From positions 608,001 to 672,000 of the forward strand of contig CAVSQW010000015.1 in the NCBI GenBank assembly GCA_963730185.1: a stretch of DNA of 64,000 bases. Reading direction: 5' to 3'. How positions within the stretch are numbered: position 1 is the stretch's first letter; each line of letters starts with the position of its first letter. Of the stretch, positions 23,623-32,727 are shown piece after piece. A program made the position numbers and the translations under genes. The DNA comes from an uncultured Gemmatimonadales bacterium. GTDB taxonomy: Bacteria > Gemmatimonadota > Gemmatimonadetes > Gemmatimonadales > GWC2-71-9. Under the pieces are notes generated by a model. That model worked only from the letters and a program-made list of their open reading frames with translations, was not told the origin of the DNA and did not search any database.

Positions 23623-24000
23623 TTAGCCCAGCGCCGTCCCGTTCCGGACCGCCGGCGGCAGGAGATCGTCGGGCGCGGACGCCAGGACCCGGCGCTCGAA
23701 TCGGCGGGTCGGGTCGGGGCGGGTCTCGGCCACGGCCGGGCTCCGACAGGTGACCGCCCCAGCGGTGGCGATCCAGCTGGCGGCGGCGAAGTCCTCGATC
23801 ACCACCCCGCGGTAGCCAAGCTCGGCGGGTGGGGTTGCCGACCGGGTGCCGCCGGCGGGCAGGGAGGCCCAGATCTGGAGCAGCTCCCGGCAGGTGTCGG
23901 CGTCGAGCTCCCAGGCCGGGTCGGGCCGCCCGGAGTAGAGCAGGGCCCGGGCGGTCCGGGGCCCGGCGGACCGGGCGTCAGCGAATCTTGATGTGGCCAT
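23623..24000 (-). CDS. Hypothetical protein; stand-alone SGRP(N/D)P...LGYRG domain
   Basis: YSGRPDPAW...ELL...LGYRGVVIE matches the N-terminus of the upstream ORF; start overlaps the upstream 3' end. Confidence 0.72.
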   Translation of the reverse strand: MATSRFADARSAGPRTARALLYSGRPDPAWELDADTCRELLQIWASLPAGGTRSATPPAELGYRGVVIEDFAAASWIATAGAVTCRSPAVAETRPDPTRRFERRVLASAPDDLLPPAVRNGTALG

Positions 24001-24856
24001 GCATCACGATCATGAAGGTGCAGAAGTTGGTGTAGGGTCCCCGGTCGGCGGTTCGCGGATCGGGAATCAGGTGTCCGCTGTTGTCGCGGTCGGTCGCCTG
24101 GGTGCTGCCGGGTTTGTGGGTCCAGTAGCCGCTCCGACCCTTCCGGTACCAGTGGAAGTCCCAGCCCGGCGCTACTACCAACGCGACGAGATGCCCTTCC
24201 TTCGGACAGCGGTTCCGGGCTTTGGGGGAGGGAATCAGGCGATCGGCGACGGCCCCGGCCCGGACGTCGGTGCAGGCCAGCGCTCCGTACATGGCGCCGG
24301 CGGCCAGACCCGGTTGGGCGAAGGTGTCCGAGCGATAGTCGGAGGCGTAGTTGTAACAGTTGTTGTTCCACTGGATCTGGCCGGCGTCGTTCCACCAGGC
24401 CGGCTCCCAGAGGGGGGCGCAGTGGCAGTGTCCCCGCGGCGGGCGATGCGGCCGGGCCCACCGATAGCGGCGGACCAGGTCGCGAAACCGGTCCACCTCG
24501 GTACCGAGCACCTCGTGGAGGACCGCGGCCGAGGGATGGAGGCGGAGCGGGCCGGTGGGCCCGGCGATCAGATCCTCGACCGTCGGATCGGCCACCGCTC
24601 GCGCCAGTCCCTCGGCGTACACATGACCTGCCGCCAGCTTGGCGGTGCGGGGCAGCCGCCGATCGCGCCGGCCGATCTGCTCGATGGTGACGCCCCGGTA
24701 TCCCAGGACCGACTCGGGCACCCGGGGCGCGGCCCGCGCCGCCCGACCGCGGGGGGCGGCCAGGCGGGCGAGGAGCTCCTGGGCTTCGGGACCGTCGACG
24801 ACGACGGACGGATTGGGGCGGCCGCTGAACAGGTCGATCGTGAGACGAAGCGCCAT
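23978..24856 (-). CDS. Hypothetical protein: N-terminal SGRPNP/LGYRG domain plus putative Cys-His catalytic domain
   Basis: FSGRPNP...LGYRG; C-terminal NNNCYNYA, TFAQPG, DFHWYRK, WTHKPG; GGAGG RBS. Confidence 0.8.
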   Translation of the reverse strand: MALRLTIDLFSGRPNPSVVVDGPEAQELLARLAAPRGRAARAAPRVPESVLGYRGVTIEQIGRRDRRLPRTAKLAAGHVYAEGLARAVADPTVEDLIAGPTGPLRLHPSAAVLHEVLGTEVDRFRDLVRRYRWARPHRPPRGHCHCAPLWEPAWWNDAGQIQWNNNCYNYASDYRSDTFAQPGLAAGAMYGALACTDVRAGAVADRLIPSPKARNRCPKEGHLVALVVAPGWDFHWYRKGRSGYWTHKPGSTQATDRDNSGHLIPDPRTADRGPYTNFCTFMIVMHGHIKIR

Positions 24857-24999
24857 GGGGACCTCCGGGCTGGACCGTGGGACGACGAGCGCCGACGTTT
24901 CACGTTAGGTCCCGGCCGGGCGGGGTTCAACTTGGGAGAAACCCTGGCTCGAGGTCCCGGGGCTTCCCCCCAACCCCGGCGCCCCGCCATCCTTGGGGC

Positions 25000-25767
25000 A
25001 TGACCGAGACCATTCTCCCCGCCGATGCCGGTGAGTGGGATCCAGGGCTGGGCTCGCGCGAGCACGAATGGCTGTTGGGCGCGCCCCGGTCCCGGACCTC
25101 CGAGCTGCTCCGCGTCGTTCGGATCGCGGCCGAGTTCATCAAGGGCTTTCGGAGCCTGCACTTCGTCGGCCCCTGCGTCACCGTCTTCGGCTCGGCCCGC
25201 TTCTCGGTCGGACACCGCTACTACGACCTGGCCCGAGGGGTGGGCGGTGAGGTAGCGCGGTTGGGTCTGACCACGATGACCGGCGGCGGGCCGGGGGTGA
25301 TGGAGGCCGCCAACCGGGGCGCCCGCGAGGCCGGCGGCCGCTCGATCGGGTGCAACATCGCGCTGCCGCACGAGCAGGAGCCCAATCCGTATCTCGATCG
25401 CTGGATCACCTTCCGGTACTTCTTCGTCCGGAAGGTGATGTTGGTGAAGTACAGCTACGCCTTCGTCGTGCTCCCCGGCGGGTTCGGCACGCTGGACGAG
25501 CTCTTCGAATCGCTCACGCTGGTCCAGACCAGGAAGATCAGCGCCTTCCCGATCGTGTTGATGGGGACGGAGTACTGGGGCCCTCTGCTGGACTTCGTCC
25601 GCACCACCCTTCTGGCTCAGCGGACCATCGGCCCCGGCGACCTCGATCTGCTCCGGGTGACGGATTCGCTCGACGACCTCCGGGCCGACCTGAGCCAGTG
25701 CATCGAGGCCAATCGGGCCGAGTGGTCGCGGGTCCCGCGCCGGCGCCGGCTGCTGGGCGAGAAGTAA
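25000..25767 (+). CDS. LOG-family (TIGR00730-type) nucleotide phosphoribohydrolase
   Basis: VTVFGSAR, TGGGPGVMEAANRGA, YFFVRKVM, PGGFGTLDELFE. Confidence 0.93.
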   Translation: MTETILPADAGEWDPGLGSREHEWLLGAPRSRTSELLRVVRIAAEFIKGFRSLHFVGPCVTVFGSARFSVGHRYYDLARGVGGEVARLGLTTMTGGGPGVMEAANRGAREAGGRSIGCNIALPHEQEPNPYLDRWITFRYFFVRKVMLVKYSYAFVVLPGGFGTLDELFESLTLVQTRKISAFPIVLMGTEYWGPLLDFVRTTLLAQRTIGPGDLDLLRVTDSLDDLRADLSQCIEANRAEWSRVPRRRRLLGEK

Positions 25768-25802
25768 CGCCCGCCACCTCACCTTCACTGCTGGAGAACG
25801 CC

Positions 25803-26618
25803 ATGGCTCCCGCGCGGCTTCGCCCGCTGATCCGTCCCGGCCCGGTCGCCCTGCCGGACGCCGACGCCCGTTCCTCCTACGACTTCCCCAAGAATCACGA
25901 GCTCAACGAGCAACTCGAGGCGCTCCGCGACCGGATCGAGGCGCGGGGGTCCGCCCTGGCCGCCGAGGGCACCCGAGCGGTGCTGGTCGTGCTCCAGGGG
26001 CGGGACACGGCGGGGAAGGACGGGACCATCCGGAAGGTGTTCGGCGACGTCAACCCGGCCTATTGCGTGGTCCACTCGTTCAAGCAGCCCACGCCGCTCG
26101 AGCTCCGTCACGACTTTCTCTGGCGGGTCCACCAGGCGGTCCCGCCGGCCGGGGTGATCGGGGTGTTCAACCGGTCCCACTACGAGGACGTGCTGGTGGT
26201 CAGGGTGCACGAGCTGGTGCCGGAGCCGCTCTGGCGGAAGCGGTACGACCACATCAACGCGTTCGAGCGGCTCCTGGCCGACCACGGCGTGACGGTGCTC
26301 AAGTTCATGCTCCATGTCTCCAAGGAGGAGCAGCGGTCCCGCTTGGAGGCCCGGCTGGACGATCCCTCGAAGAACTGGAAGTTCTCGGTCGGCGACCTGG
26401 AGGAGCGGAAGCACTGGAAGGCCTATACCGCGGCCTACGAGGAGATGCTGGAGCGGACCAGCACCGAGTGGGCGCCCTGGTACGTGGTCCCGGCCGACAA
26501 GAAGAGCGCCCGCGATCTGCTGGTGGCGGAGGTGGTGGCCGAGGCGTTGGACCGGTTGGATCCGCGGTTTCCGGCCGCCGACCCGAAGGTGCTGGACTAC
26601 CGCGGGAAGATCGACTGA
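25803..26618 (+). CDS. Polyphosphate kinase 2 family (polyP:nucleotide phosphotransferase)
   Basis: LQGRDTAGKDGTI, FKQPT..E..HDFLWR, FNRSHYEDVL, KNWKF...DL.ER, APWYVVPAD. Confidence 0.93.
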   Translation: MAPARLRPLIRPGPVALPDADARSSYDFPKNHELNEQLEALRDRIEARGSALAAEGTRAVLVVLQGRDTAGKDGTIRKVFGDVNPAYCVVHSFKQPTPLELRHDFLWRVHQAVPPAGVIGVFNRSHYEDVLVVRVHELVPEPLWRKRYDHINAFERLLADHGVTVLKFMLHVSKEEQRSRLEARLDDPSKNWKFSVGDLEERKHWKAYTAAYEEMLERTSTEWAPWYVVPADKKSARDLLVAEVVAEALDRLDPRFPAADPKVLDYRGKID

Positions 26619-26625
26619 GCCGGCC

Positions 26626-27090
26626 CTAGAACATCCCGCCGGGGCCGGAGATGAAGTAGGTGAGCCGGCCGCCGACCATGATGAAGGGCGACTTGCCCGC
26701 GAAGGTCGAGACGAACTTGGCCAGGAGCTTCGCGTCGGCGCTCTCCACTGCCACCCCGATCAGGGGCACGTCGTCCTCGAGCTCGACGTTTTCGTAGTCG
26801 AGGACGTAGTAGGTCCGGTCCAACGACGCGGCGAGTCCCCCCGACAGGTACTTCTCGAGTCCCAGCGGGACCTGGCCGACCCCGGATTCCGGAGGCCAGG
26901 CCTCGTGGTCGGCGTAGTAGTTGATGGCCCCGATCTGGATGGCCCGGACGTCGGCGACCAGCGCGGCGGTCCGGGCGGTGTTCCGGAGGTCGATGTACTT
27001 GAGCAGGCCGAGCCCGGTCAGAATCCCGAGCACGATCAGCACCATCAGCATCTCGACCAGGGTGAAGCCCCGGACCGACCGCATGCTCAC
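26626..27090 (-). CDS. Prepilin-type (type IV pilin/pseudopilin) protein
   Basis: RG|FTLVEMLMVLIVLGIL N-methylation motif; GTGA overlap with the upstream stop. Confidence 0.9.
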   Translation of the reverse strand: MSMRSVRGFTLVEMLMVLIVLGILTGLGLLKYIDLRNTARTAALVADVRAIQIGAINYYADHEAWPPESGVGQVPLGLEKYLSGGLAASLDRTYYVLDYENVELEDDVPLIGVAVESADAKLLAKFVSTFAGKSPFIMVGGRLTYFISGPGGMF

Positions 27091-27599
27091 GTCCGCCGCT
27101 GCAAGGTCAGGATGGCCTTCACGACGAGGGGTTTGAGGGAGTCGGTCGAGCGGACCACGATCAGGGAGTCGCCGGCCTGGAGCCGGACCTGGAACCGATC
27201 TTGTCCTTGGGGCTCGTAGTGAATGTCGCTGGTGCGGATCCCGGCCTCCGCCAGAGCGCGGGGCAGGCGGCCGCGGACGTCGCGGAACGCCCGGATGTGG
27301 CTGACCGCCTCGACCAGCGCCAGAGTGGCCGACGCGGCCTTCACGGCCGACGACTCCACGGGGAGCTTCGGGCCGGCGAGCCACGGCGGTTGGGTCAGGA
27401 GCAGGAATCCACCCACCATCGCCACCATCGCGAGCAGACCGCGGAACACGTGGCGTCCAGCCCCGGCGGGGGGGACGTATCCGGGCGGATAATGCCGCTT
27501 GGCGCGCTGCTCCGCGACGGCGGCCTGGGCCGCCTCGAGCAGGGCGCTCTTGCTCTCGCGGAGCGTGGGCTCCGGTGTCGGCTGTTTGGGTCGTTCCAT
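27087..27599 (-). CDS. Single-TM hypothetical protein with a pseudopilin (GspG)-like C-terminal region
   Basis: TM GLLAMVAMVGGFLLL; IRAFRDVRGRLPRALAEAG...IHYEPQG.DRFQV. Confidence 0.65.
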   Translation of the reverse strand: MERPKQPTPEPTLRESKSALLEAAQAAVAEQRAKRHYPPGYVPPAGAGRHVFRGLLAMVAMVGGFLLLTQPPWLAGPKLPVESSAVKAASATLALVEAVSHIRAFRDVRGRLPRALAEAGIRTSDIHYEPQGQDRFQVRLQAGDSLIVVRSTDSLKPLVVKAILTLQRRT

Positions 27600-27661
27600 T
27601 GGCCGTGGTCCGCGGCGGATCGGGTCGAGGTTGATAATGTAGCCGCCCCGGGTCGGCCGCG

Positions 27662-28039
27662 TCAGTCGGGGCCGGCCTCGCCGCGAATCGCGGCCGCGAT
27701 CTGGTCCCCGAAGCGCCGGACGTCGATCGGTTTGGTGATGAACGCGTCGAACCCGGCCTCCAGGGCGCGGTCGCGATCGCTGCCATGGGCATGGGCGGTG
27801 AGCGCGACCACCCGGATGGTGTCGCCGAACTCCGCCCGGAGCTCGGTCACCAGGGCGTAGCCGTCGCGCCCCGGCAGCTGGATGTCGAGCAGGATCAGAT
27901 CGGGCCGATGTTCGGTTACCGCCGCGCGCAGGCCCTCACCCGAGGCGAGCTCCACCAACTGATGCCCCTGCCTCGTGAGCAGGGCACGAAAGAGCTTCAT
28001 GTTGTCGGGATTGTCTTCCACGACCAGCAGGCGGGCCAT
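27662..28039 (-). CDS. Single-domain response regulator (DivK/CheY-like)
   Basis: LVVEDN, PDLILLDIQLPGRDG, VALTA, FITKPID. Confidence 0.92.
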   Translation of the reverse strand: MARLLVVEDNPDNMKLFRALLTRQGHQLVELASGEGLRAAVTEHRPDLILLDIQLPGRDGYALVTELRAEFGDTIRVVALTAHAHGSDRDRALEAGFDAFITKPIDVRRFGDQIAAAIRGEAGPD

Positions 28040-28042
28040 CGG

Positions 28043-30187
28043 TCAGGCCATCCTAGTCCGGCGCAGCACCGCCCGGACCCGGGCCCGGAGCGACGGTGGC
28101 TGAACCGGTTTGGCCAAAAAATCTTGCGCTCCGAGATCGAGCACTCGAACCTCCGATTCGCCGGTGTGGGCGGTGAGCACGATGACCGGGACGCTCGAGG
28201 TCAGGACCCGGGCCCGGAGCTCCTCGAGGACGCCGAAGCCGTCGAGCCGGGGCATCTCGAGGTCGAGGATCATTAGGTCGAACGGCCGCGACTCGATCAG
28301 CTCCAGGGCGCCGAGGCCGTCGCCCGCCTCGGTTACCTGGTGGCCGTCCCGTTCCAGGATCGTCCGGATCAGCCGGCGCATCTGCTCGTCGTCGTCCGCG
28401 ACGAGCACCCGCGTGGCCGGGGCGCCGGCGGGCACGACCGACGGGGCCGGCCCCGGCGTGGGGCGCGGCGCGGCCGGGCGTTCGGCCGCGAGCTCTTCGG
28501 GGGGATGCTCGCCCATGACCCGGACCAGCTCCTCCAGCGACGTCTGGCCCCGCCAGAGCCGTTCCAGGCTACCGTCCCAGAGAGTCCGCATGCCCAAGGA
28601 GCGGGCGGCGGCCACCAGCCGGTCCCGGCCGGCGCCGCTCCCGATCAGCTGGGCAACCCGCTCGTCGACCGGCATGATCTCGAGGACCGCGAGCCGTCCC
28701 CGGAACCCGGTGCCGCCGCACGCCTTGCAGCCGACCGACTTCCGGATCGCGGGCGGGCCGTCGAAGGCGGCCGGGGCCCGGACCGCGCGAGGGATGTCCG
28801 CGTCCGGGACCGCCGTGGCGCACTGGGCACAGAGCCGGCGGACCAGTCGCTGCGCCACCACGCCCTTGACCGCGGTGGCGATCTCGGCGCTGTCGACGCC
28901 GAGCTCGCGGAGCCGGACCAGGGCCGAGGCCGCGTCGTTGGTGGGCAGCGTCGCCAGAACGAAATGGCCGGACCGGCCGGCTTGGACCGCGAGGGCCGCC
29001 GTCTCCCGGTCGCGGATCTCGCCGACCAGCACGACATCGGGACTCTGCCCCAGGGCGGAGCGGAGCGCGGTGGCGAAGGTGAGGCCCTGGCCCTCGTTGA
29101 CCTGGACCTGCGAAATCCCGGGGAGGTCATACTCGACCGGGTCCTCCACCGTCACGATGTTCGTGGCGCCCGTGGTCAGGTGGCTGAGCGCCGCGTAGAG
29201 CGTCGTGGTCTTCCCGCTCCCGGCCGGACCCGTCACCAGCACGATCCCTTCGCGATGGTCGAGCATCCGGAGCAGGAGGGTCTGCTGGTCGGGCGGCAGG
29301 CCCAGGTCCGGGACGTTGGCCCGGCGGTTGGCATCGTCGAGGACCCGGATCACGATCTGCTCGCCCCGGCGGGCCACCGGCACGGTCGAGACTCGGAGGC
29401 CCACCGGCACCCCGTCGACCCGCACCGCGGTCCGCCCGTCGTGTGGGTGGAGCGGGTCGGTCAGGTCGAGCTTGGCCAGGGTCTTGACCCGCCGGACCAG
29501 GGCCGGGCCGGCGGACGGGGGGAGGCGGATCACCTCCTTGAGGACGCCGTCGATCCGATAGCGGATCGAGGTGCACTCCACCAACGGCTCGCAGTGGATG
29601 TCGCTGGCTTGCTCGCGCACCGCGTCGCCGATCATCGCGTCGACCAGCCGGGCCATCGGTGCCTCGAGGCCCGGATCCCGGTCCCCGGCCGGCGCCGGCG
29701 CCTCGTCGTCCACCGTCTCGACCGGTGCCGATTGAAGCCCGCCCACCAGACGGTTCACCGCGACGTTCGGGGCGTAGACCTGCTCGATGCCGGCCGCGAT
29801 CTCGCTCGGGGTCGCCAGGAGCATGACCACCGCCCGGCCGGTCACGAACGTCAACGTCTGCTCGAGTCCCAAGTCCCGCGGGTCGCCGGTCGCGATCCGG
29901 ATCCGGCGATCGTCGGCACCGAGCGCCACGATCTGATATTTTCGGGCGATCGATTCCGGCACCAGGGCGGCGACCCGGGAATCCAGCGCCGAGAGATCGG
30001 CGATTCCGACTTTGAAGCGGGTCGAGAGGTGCGCCAGGATCAGCGGATCGGTCAGGTACCCTCGGCCGACCGCCGCCTGCCACGCGCTGCCGTCCGCGAC
30101 CGCGCGGAGATCCGCCGCCTGGGCACTGGTCAACGCCCCCGCGTCGAGCAACGTCTGGATCAGCCAGAGATCGGATGGTCCGCTCAC
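28043..30187 (-). CDS. GspE/PilB-family secretion ATPase fused to a C-terminal receiver domain
   Basis: ASDIHCEP, RYRIDGVL, GPAGSGKTTT, TVEDPVEY, VGEIRD, CxxC...CxxC; C-terminal VLVADDD...DLEMPRLDG...FLAKP. Confidence 0.9.
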   Translation of the reverse strand: MSGPSDLWLIQTLLDAGALTSAQAADLRAVADGSAWQAAVGRGYLTDPLILAHLSTRFKVGIADLSALDSRVAALVPESIARKYQIVALGADDRRIRIATGDPRDLGLEQTLTFVTGRAVVMLLATPSEIAAGIEQVYAPNVAVNRLVGGLQSAPVETVDDEAPAPAGDRDPGLEAPMARLVDAMIGDAVREQASDIHCEPLVECTSIRYRIDGVLKEVIRLPPSAGPALVRRVKTLAKLDLTDPLHPHDGRTAVRVDGVPVGLRVSTVPVARRGEQIVIRVLDDANRRANVPDLGLPPDQQTLLLRMLDHREGIVLVTGPAGSGKTTTLYAALSHLTTGATNIVTVEDPVEYDLPGISQVQVNEGQGLTFATALRSALGQSPDVVLVGEIRDRETAALAVQAGRSGHFVLATLPTNDAASALVRLRELGVDSAEIATAVKGVVAQRLVRRLCAQCATAVPDADIPRAVRAPAAFDGPPAIRKSVGCKACGGTGFRGRLAVLEIMPVDERVAQLIGSGAGRDRLVAAARSLGMRTLWDGSLERLWRGQTSLEELVRVMGEHPPEELAAERPAAPRPTPGPAPSVVPAGAPATRVLVADDDEQMRRLIRTILERDGHQVTEAGDGLGALELIESRPFDLMILDLEMPRLDGFGVLEELRARVLTSSVPVIVLTAHTGESEVRVLDLGAQDFLAKPVQPPSLRARVRAVLRRTRMA

Positions 30188-30342
30188 GGGCGAATCAACT
30201 CCTGGCTGGGGTTAAGACGGGGCCGCGGTGCCGACGACCGGCAACGGACGGGTCTGGTCGATTCGGGTATACTAAGTAGTTGACCTGTAACAATCTAGGA
30301 CTAGTCTGCCGCCCGTCGGCGGATCGGCGCGAAGGAGGCGGC

Positions 30343-31605
30343 TTGCGGGTCTCTGGAGAGGGTATCGTCCCGGGAGACAAGAGCATTACCCACCGGGTCC
30401 TCTACCTGGCCGGGCTGGCCCGGTCGCCTTCCCGGATCGAGGGAGCGCTGATCTCGTTCGACACCCGGGCCACCGCCGGAGTGCTTCGAGCCCTCGGCGT
30501 CGGGGTGTCGCCGCTCCGCCCCGGGGCGGTCGTCTCGGTGACGCCCTCAGGCCCCTGGCGGGCTCCCCAGCGGACCCTCGACTGCGCCAACTCGGGGACC
30601 AGCGCGCGCCTCGGCCTGGGTCTCCTCGCCTCCCACCCTTTCGAGGCCCGGCTGAGCGGCGACCAGTCCCTCCGCCGCCGGCCGATGCGCCGGGTGACCG
30701 AGCCACTCACCCTGATGGGCGCGGCCTTCGCTCCGGCGGAGCCCGACCGGCTTCCATTCAAGATCCGGGGTGGGGACCTCCGGCCGCTTCGATGGGAGCT
30801 CCCGGTGTCCAGCGCGCAGCTCAAGAGCGCCCTGCTCCTCGCCGGTTGGGCGGCCGACGTGCCGGTGGCCGTCCGGGAGCCCTCCGGTCGTTCCCGCGAC
30901 CACACCGAGCGGCTCCTCCGGGGACTCGGGTTCGAGGTGGCGGACCGGGACGACGGCTGGATCGAGCTGCCGGGCGGCGGCCGCCCCGACGGCTTCGAGT
31001 TCTCCGTCCCCGGCGATCCGAGCTCGGCGGCGTTCCTGGTGGGCGCGGCTCTGATGGCGGAGTCCGGCGAGCTGGCGCTCCGGCGGGTGGGACTCAATCC
31101 GACCCGGACCGGCTTTCTCGACGTCTGTCGCCGGATGGGGGCCGAGCTCCGGATCGAGGATCGGACCGAGCAGTGCGGGGAGCCGAGGGGGACGATCGTG
31201 GCCCGGGCCTCGTCGCTTCGGGCGACGGTGGTCACCGCCGGGGAGATCCCCGGGCTGATCGACGAGATCCCGATGCTCGCGGTGCTCGCCTCGCGGGCGG
31301 CCGGCACCACCCGCTTCGAGGAGGTCGGCGAGCTCCGGGTCAAGGAGAGCGACCGGCTCGGCCTGCTGGCCTCCAACCTCGCCGCGCTGGGGGTCGAGGC
31401 TCACGCCGAGCGGAACACCCTGACCGTGGTCGGCGGCGATACCCCACCCCGGGGCCGGGTCGCCACCGACGGCGACCACCGGATCGCCATGGCCTTCGCA
31501 GTGATGGGGACCGTGCCCGGCGCCCAGGTCTCGCTCGACGACACCGGCTGTGTCGGGGTGAGCTTCCCCGGCTTCTTCGACACCCTGCACCGGATCGGCC
31601 GATGA
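30343..31605 (+). CDS. aroA: 3-phosphoshikimate 1-carboxyvinyltransferase
   Basis: PGDKSITHR, DCANSGTSAR, SAQLKSA, RDHTER, ELRVKESDR, DHRIAMAF; TTG start after AAGGAGG. Confidence 0.96.
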   Translation: MRVSGEGIVPGDKSITHRVLYLAGLARSPSRIEGALISFDTRATAGVLRALGVGVSPLRPGAVVSVTPSGPWRAPQRTLDCANSGTSARLGLGLLASHPFEARLSGDQSLRRRPMRRVTEPLTLMGAAFAPAEPDRLPFKIRGGDLRPLRWELPVSSAQLKSALLLAGWAADVPVAVREPSGRSRDHTERLLRGLGFEVADRDDGWIELPGGGRPDGFEFSVPGDPSSAAFLVGAALMAESGELALRRVGLNPTRTGFLDVCRRMGAELRIEDRTEQCGEPRGTIVARASSLRATVVTAGEIPGLIDEIPMLAVLASRAAGTTRFEEVGELRVKESDRLGLLASNLAALGVEAHAERNTLTVVGGDTPPRGRVATDGDHRIAMAFAVMGTVPGAQVSLDDTGCVGVSFPGFFDTLHRIGR

Positions 31606-32309
31606 CCGACGGCGCCCGCGTCATCGCGATCGACGGCCCGGCGGCCTCGGGCAAGAGCTCAACGGCTGCGGCGGTGGCCCGAGCCCTCGGGGCGTTCCAC
31701 CTCGACTCGGGGGCCCTCTACCGGGGGCTCACCCGGGTGGCGCTGGACGCCGGGACCCGCGAGGTGGCGACCATCCTGGCGGAGGCCGAGCGGCGGGGGC
31801 TCCGGCTGGCGCTGGACGGGAAGGAGATCGTGCCCTGGCTCGACGGCCGCCCCGCCGAAGCGGTGATCCGGTCGGCCGAGGTGACCGGCGCGGTCTCCGA
31901 GGTCGCCGCGTTAGGGCCGATCCGGACCTGGGTCAACCGCCGGCTCCGCGACGCCGCCACGGCCGACCGGCTCGTGGTGCTCGACGGCCGCGACATCGGC
32001 ACCGACGTCTTCCCCGATGCCCGGGTCAAGGTCTTCCTGACCGCGACCCCGGTGGCTCGGGCCCGGCGCCGGCTGGCTCAGCGGGGCGACTGGATCGACG
32101 ACGACGCGCTCGACCGCGAGGCCAGGGCCCTGGCCGCCCGGGACGCGCTGGACTCGCGTCGCGCGATCGCGCCCCTCCGGCAGGCCCCGGGCGCGACCCT
32201 GCTCGACACCACGGCCCTCGAGTTCGACGACCAGGTCGCCCGGATCGTCCGCTTGGCGCGGGTGGCCTTTCCTTCGGGATCGACGGGGAGCGACCCCTCG
32301 TTGAGCTAA
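31602..32309 (+). CDS. cmk: Cytidylate kinase
   Basis: IAIDGPAASGKSS, LDSGALYR, DGRDIGT.VFPDA..K.FLTA. Confidence 0.96.
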   Translation: MTDGARVIAIDGPAASGKSSTAAAVARALGAFHLDSGALYRGLTRVALDAGTREVATILAEAERRGLRLALDGKEIVPWLDGRPAEAVIRSAEVTGAVSEVAALGPIRTWVNRRLRDAATADRLVVLDGRDIGTDVFPDARVKVFLTATPVARARRRLAQRGDWIDDDALDREARALAARDALDSRRAIAPLRQAPGATLLDTTALEFDDQVARIVRLARVAFPSGSTGSDPSLS

Positions 32310-32342
32310 CCCCTTGTTGAAATAGGGGTCTGGTCCTAGCTT
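32309..32342 (+). promoter_or_regulatory. Sigma70-like promoter for padR, overlapped by a palindrome (candidate PadR operator)
   Basis: TTGTTG(32314)-17 nt-TAGCTT(32337); ACCCCT-N9-AGGGGT at 32309-32329. Confidence 0.5.
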
Positions 32343-32387
32343 CGGGGCAAGAGCACCACCCGCCCCGTCCGCCACCCCGAGCGTCCC

Positions 32388-32717
32388 ATGGCCGGCAGCG
32401 ATCTCTTCACCGGTTCCCTCGAGCTCCTCATTCTCAAGGCGCTGAGTTGGGGGCCCCGGCACGGCTACGCCGTCGGTCGCTGGATTCGCGACACCACCGA
32501 GGCCGAGATTCTGGTGCAGGAAGGCGCGCTCTATCCGGCTCTGCACCGGCTGGAACGGCGCGGCTTGGTGGAGGAGGAGTGGGGGCTCACCGACACCAAC
32601 CGTGAGGCCAAGTTCTATCGCCTGACCGCCGCCGGCCGGCGACGGCTTCGAGACGAAGCGGTGCGCTGGGCCCGCTTCGTCGAAGTCATGCGCCTCGCGC
32701 TCGACAGCGCGAGCTGA
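32388..32717 (+). CDS. PadR-family transcriptional regulator (acidobacterial type)
   Basis: GSLELLILKAL..GPRHGYAV, EGALYPALHRLE, WGLTDTNREAKFYRLT. Confidence 0.93.
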   Translation: MAGSDLFTGSLELLILKALSWGPRHGYAVGRWIRDTTEAEILVQEGALYPALHRLERRGLVEEEWGLTDTNREAKFYRLTAAGRRRLRDEAVRWARFVEVMRLALDSAS

Positions 32718-32727
32718 CGGAGCCCCA

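Noticed and set aside
20972..30200. Integrative element or prophage at tRNA-Leu
   Set aside because: No integrase, no duplicated tRNA 3' end seen, no phage genes, and composition matches the host
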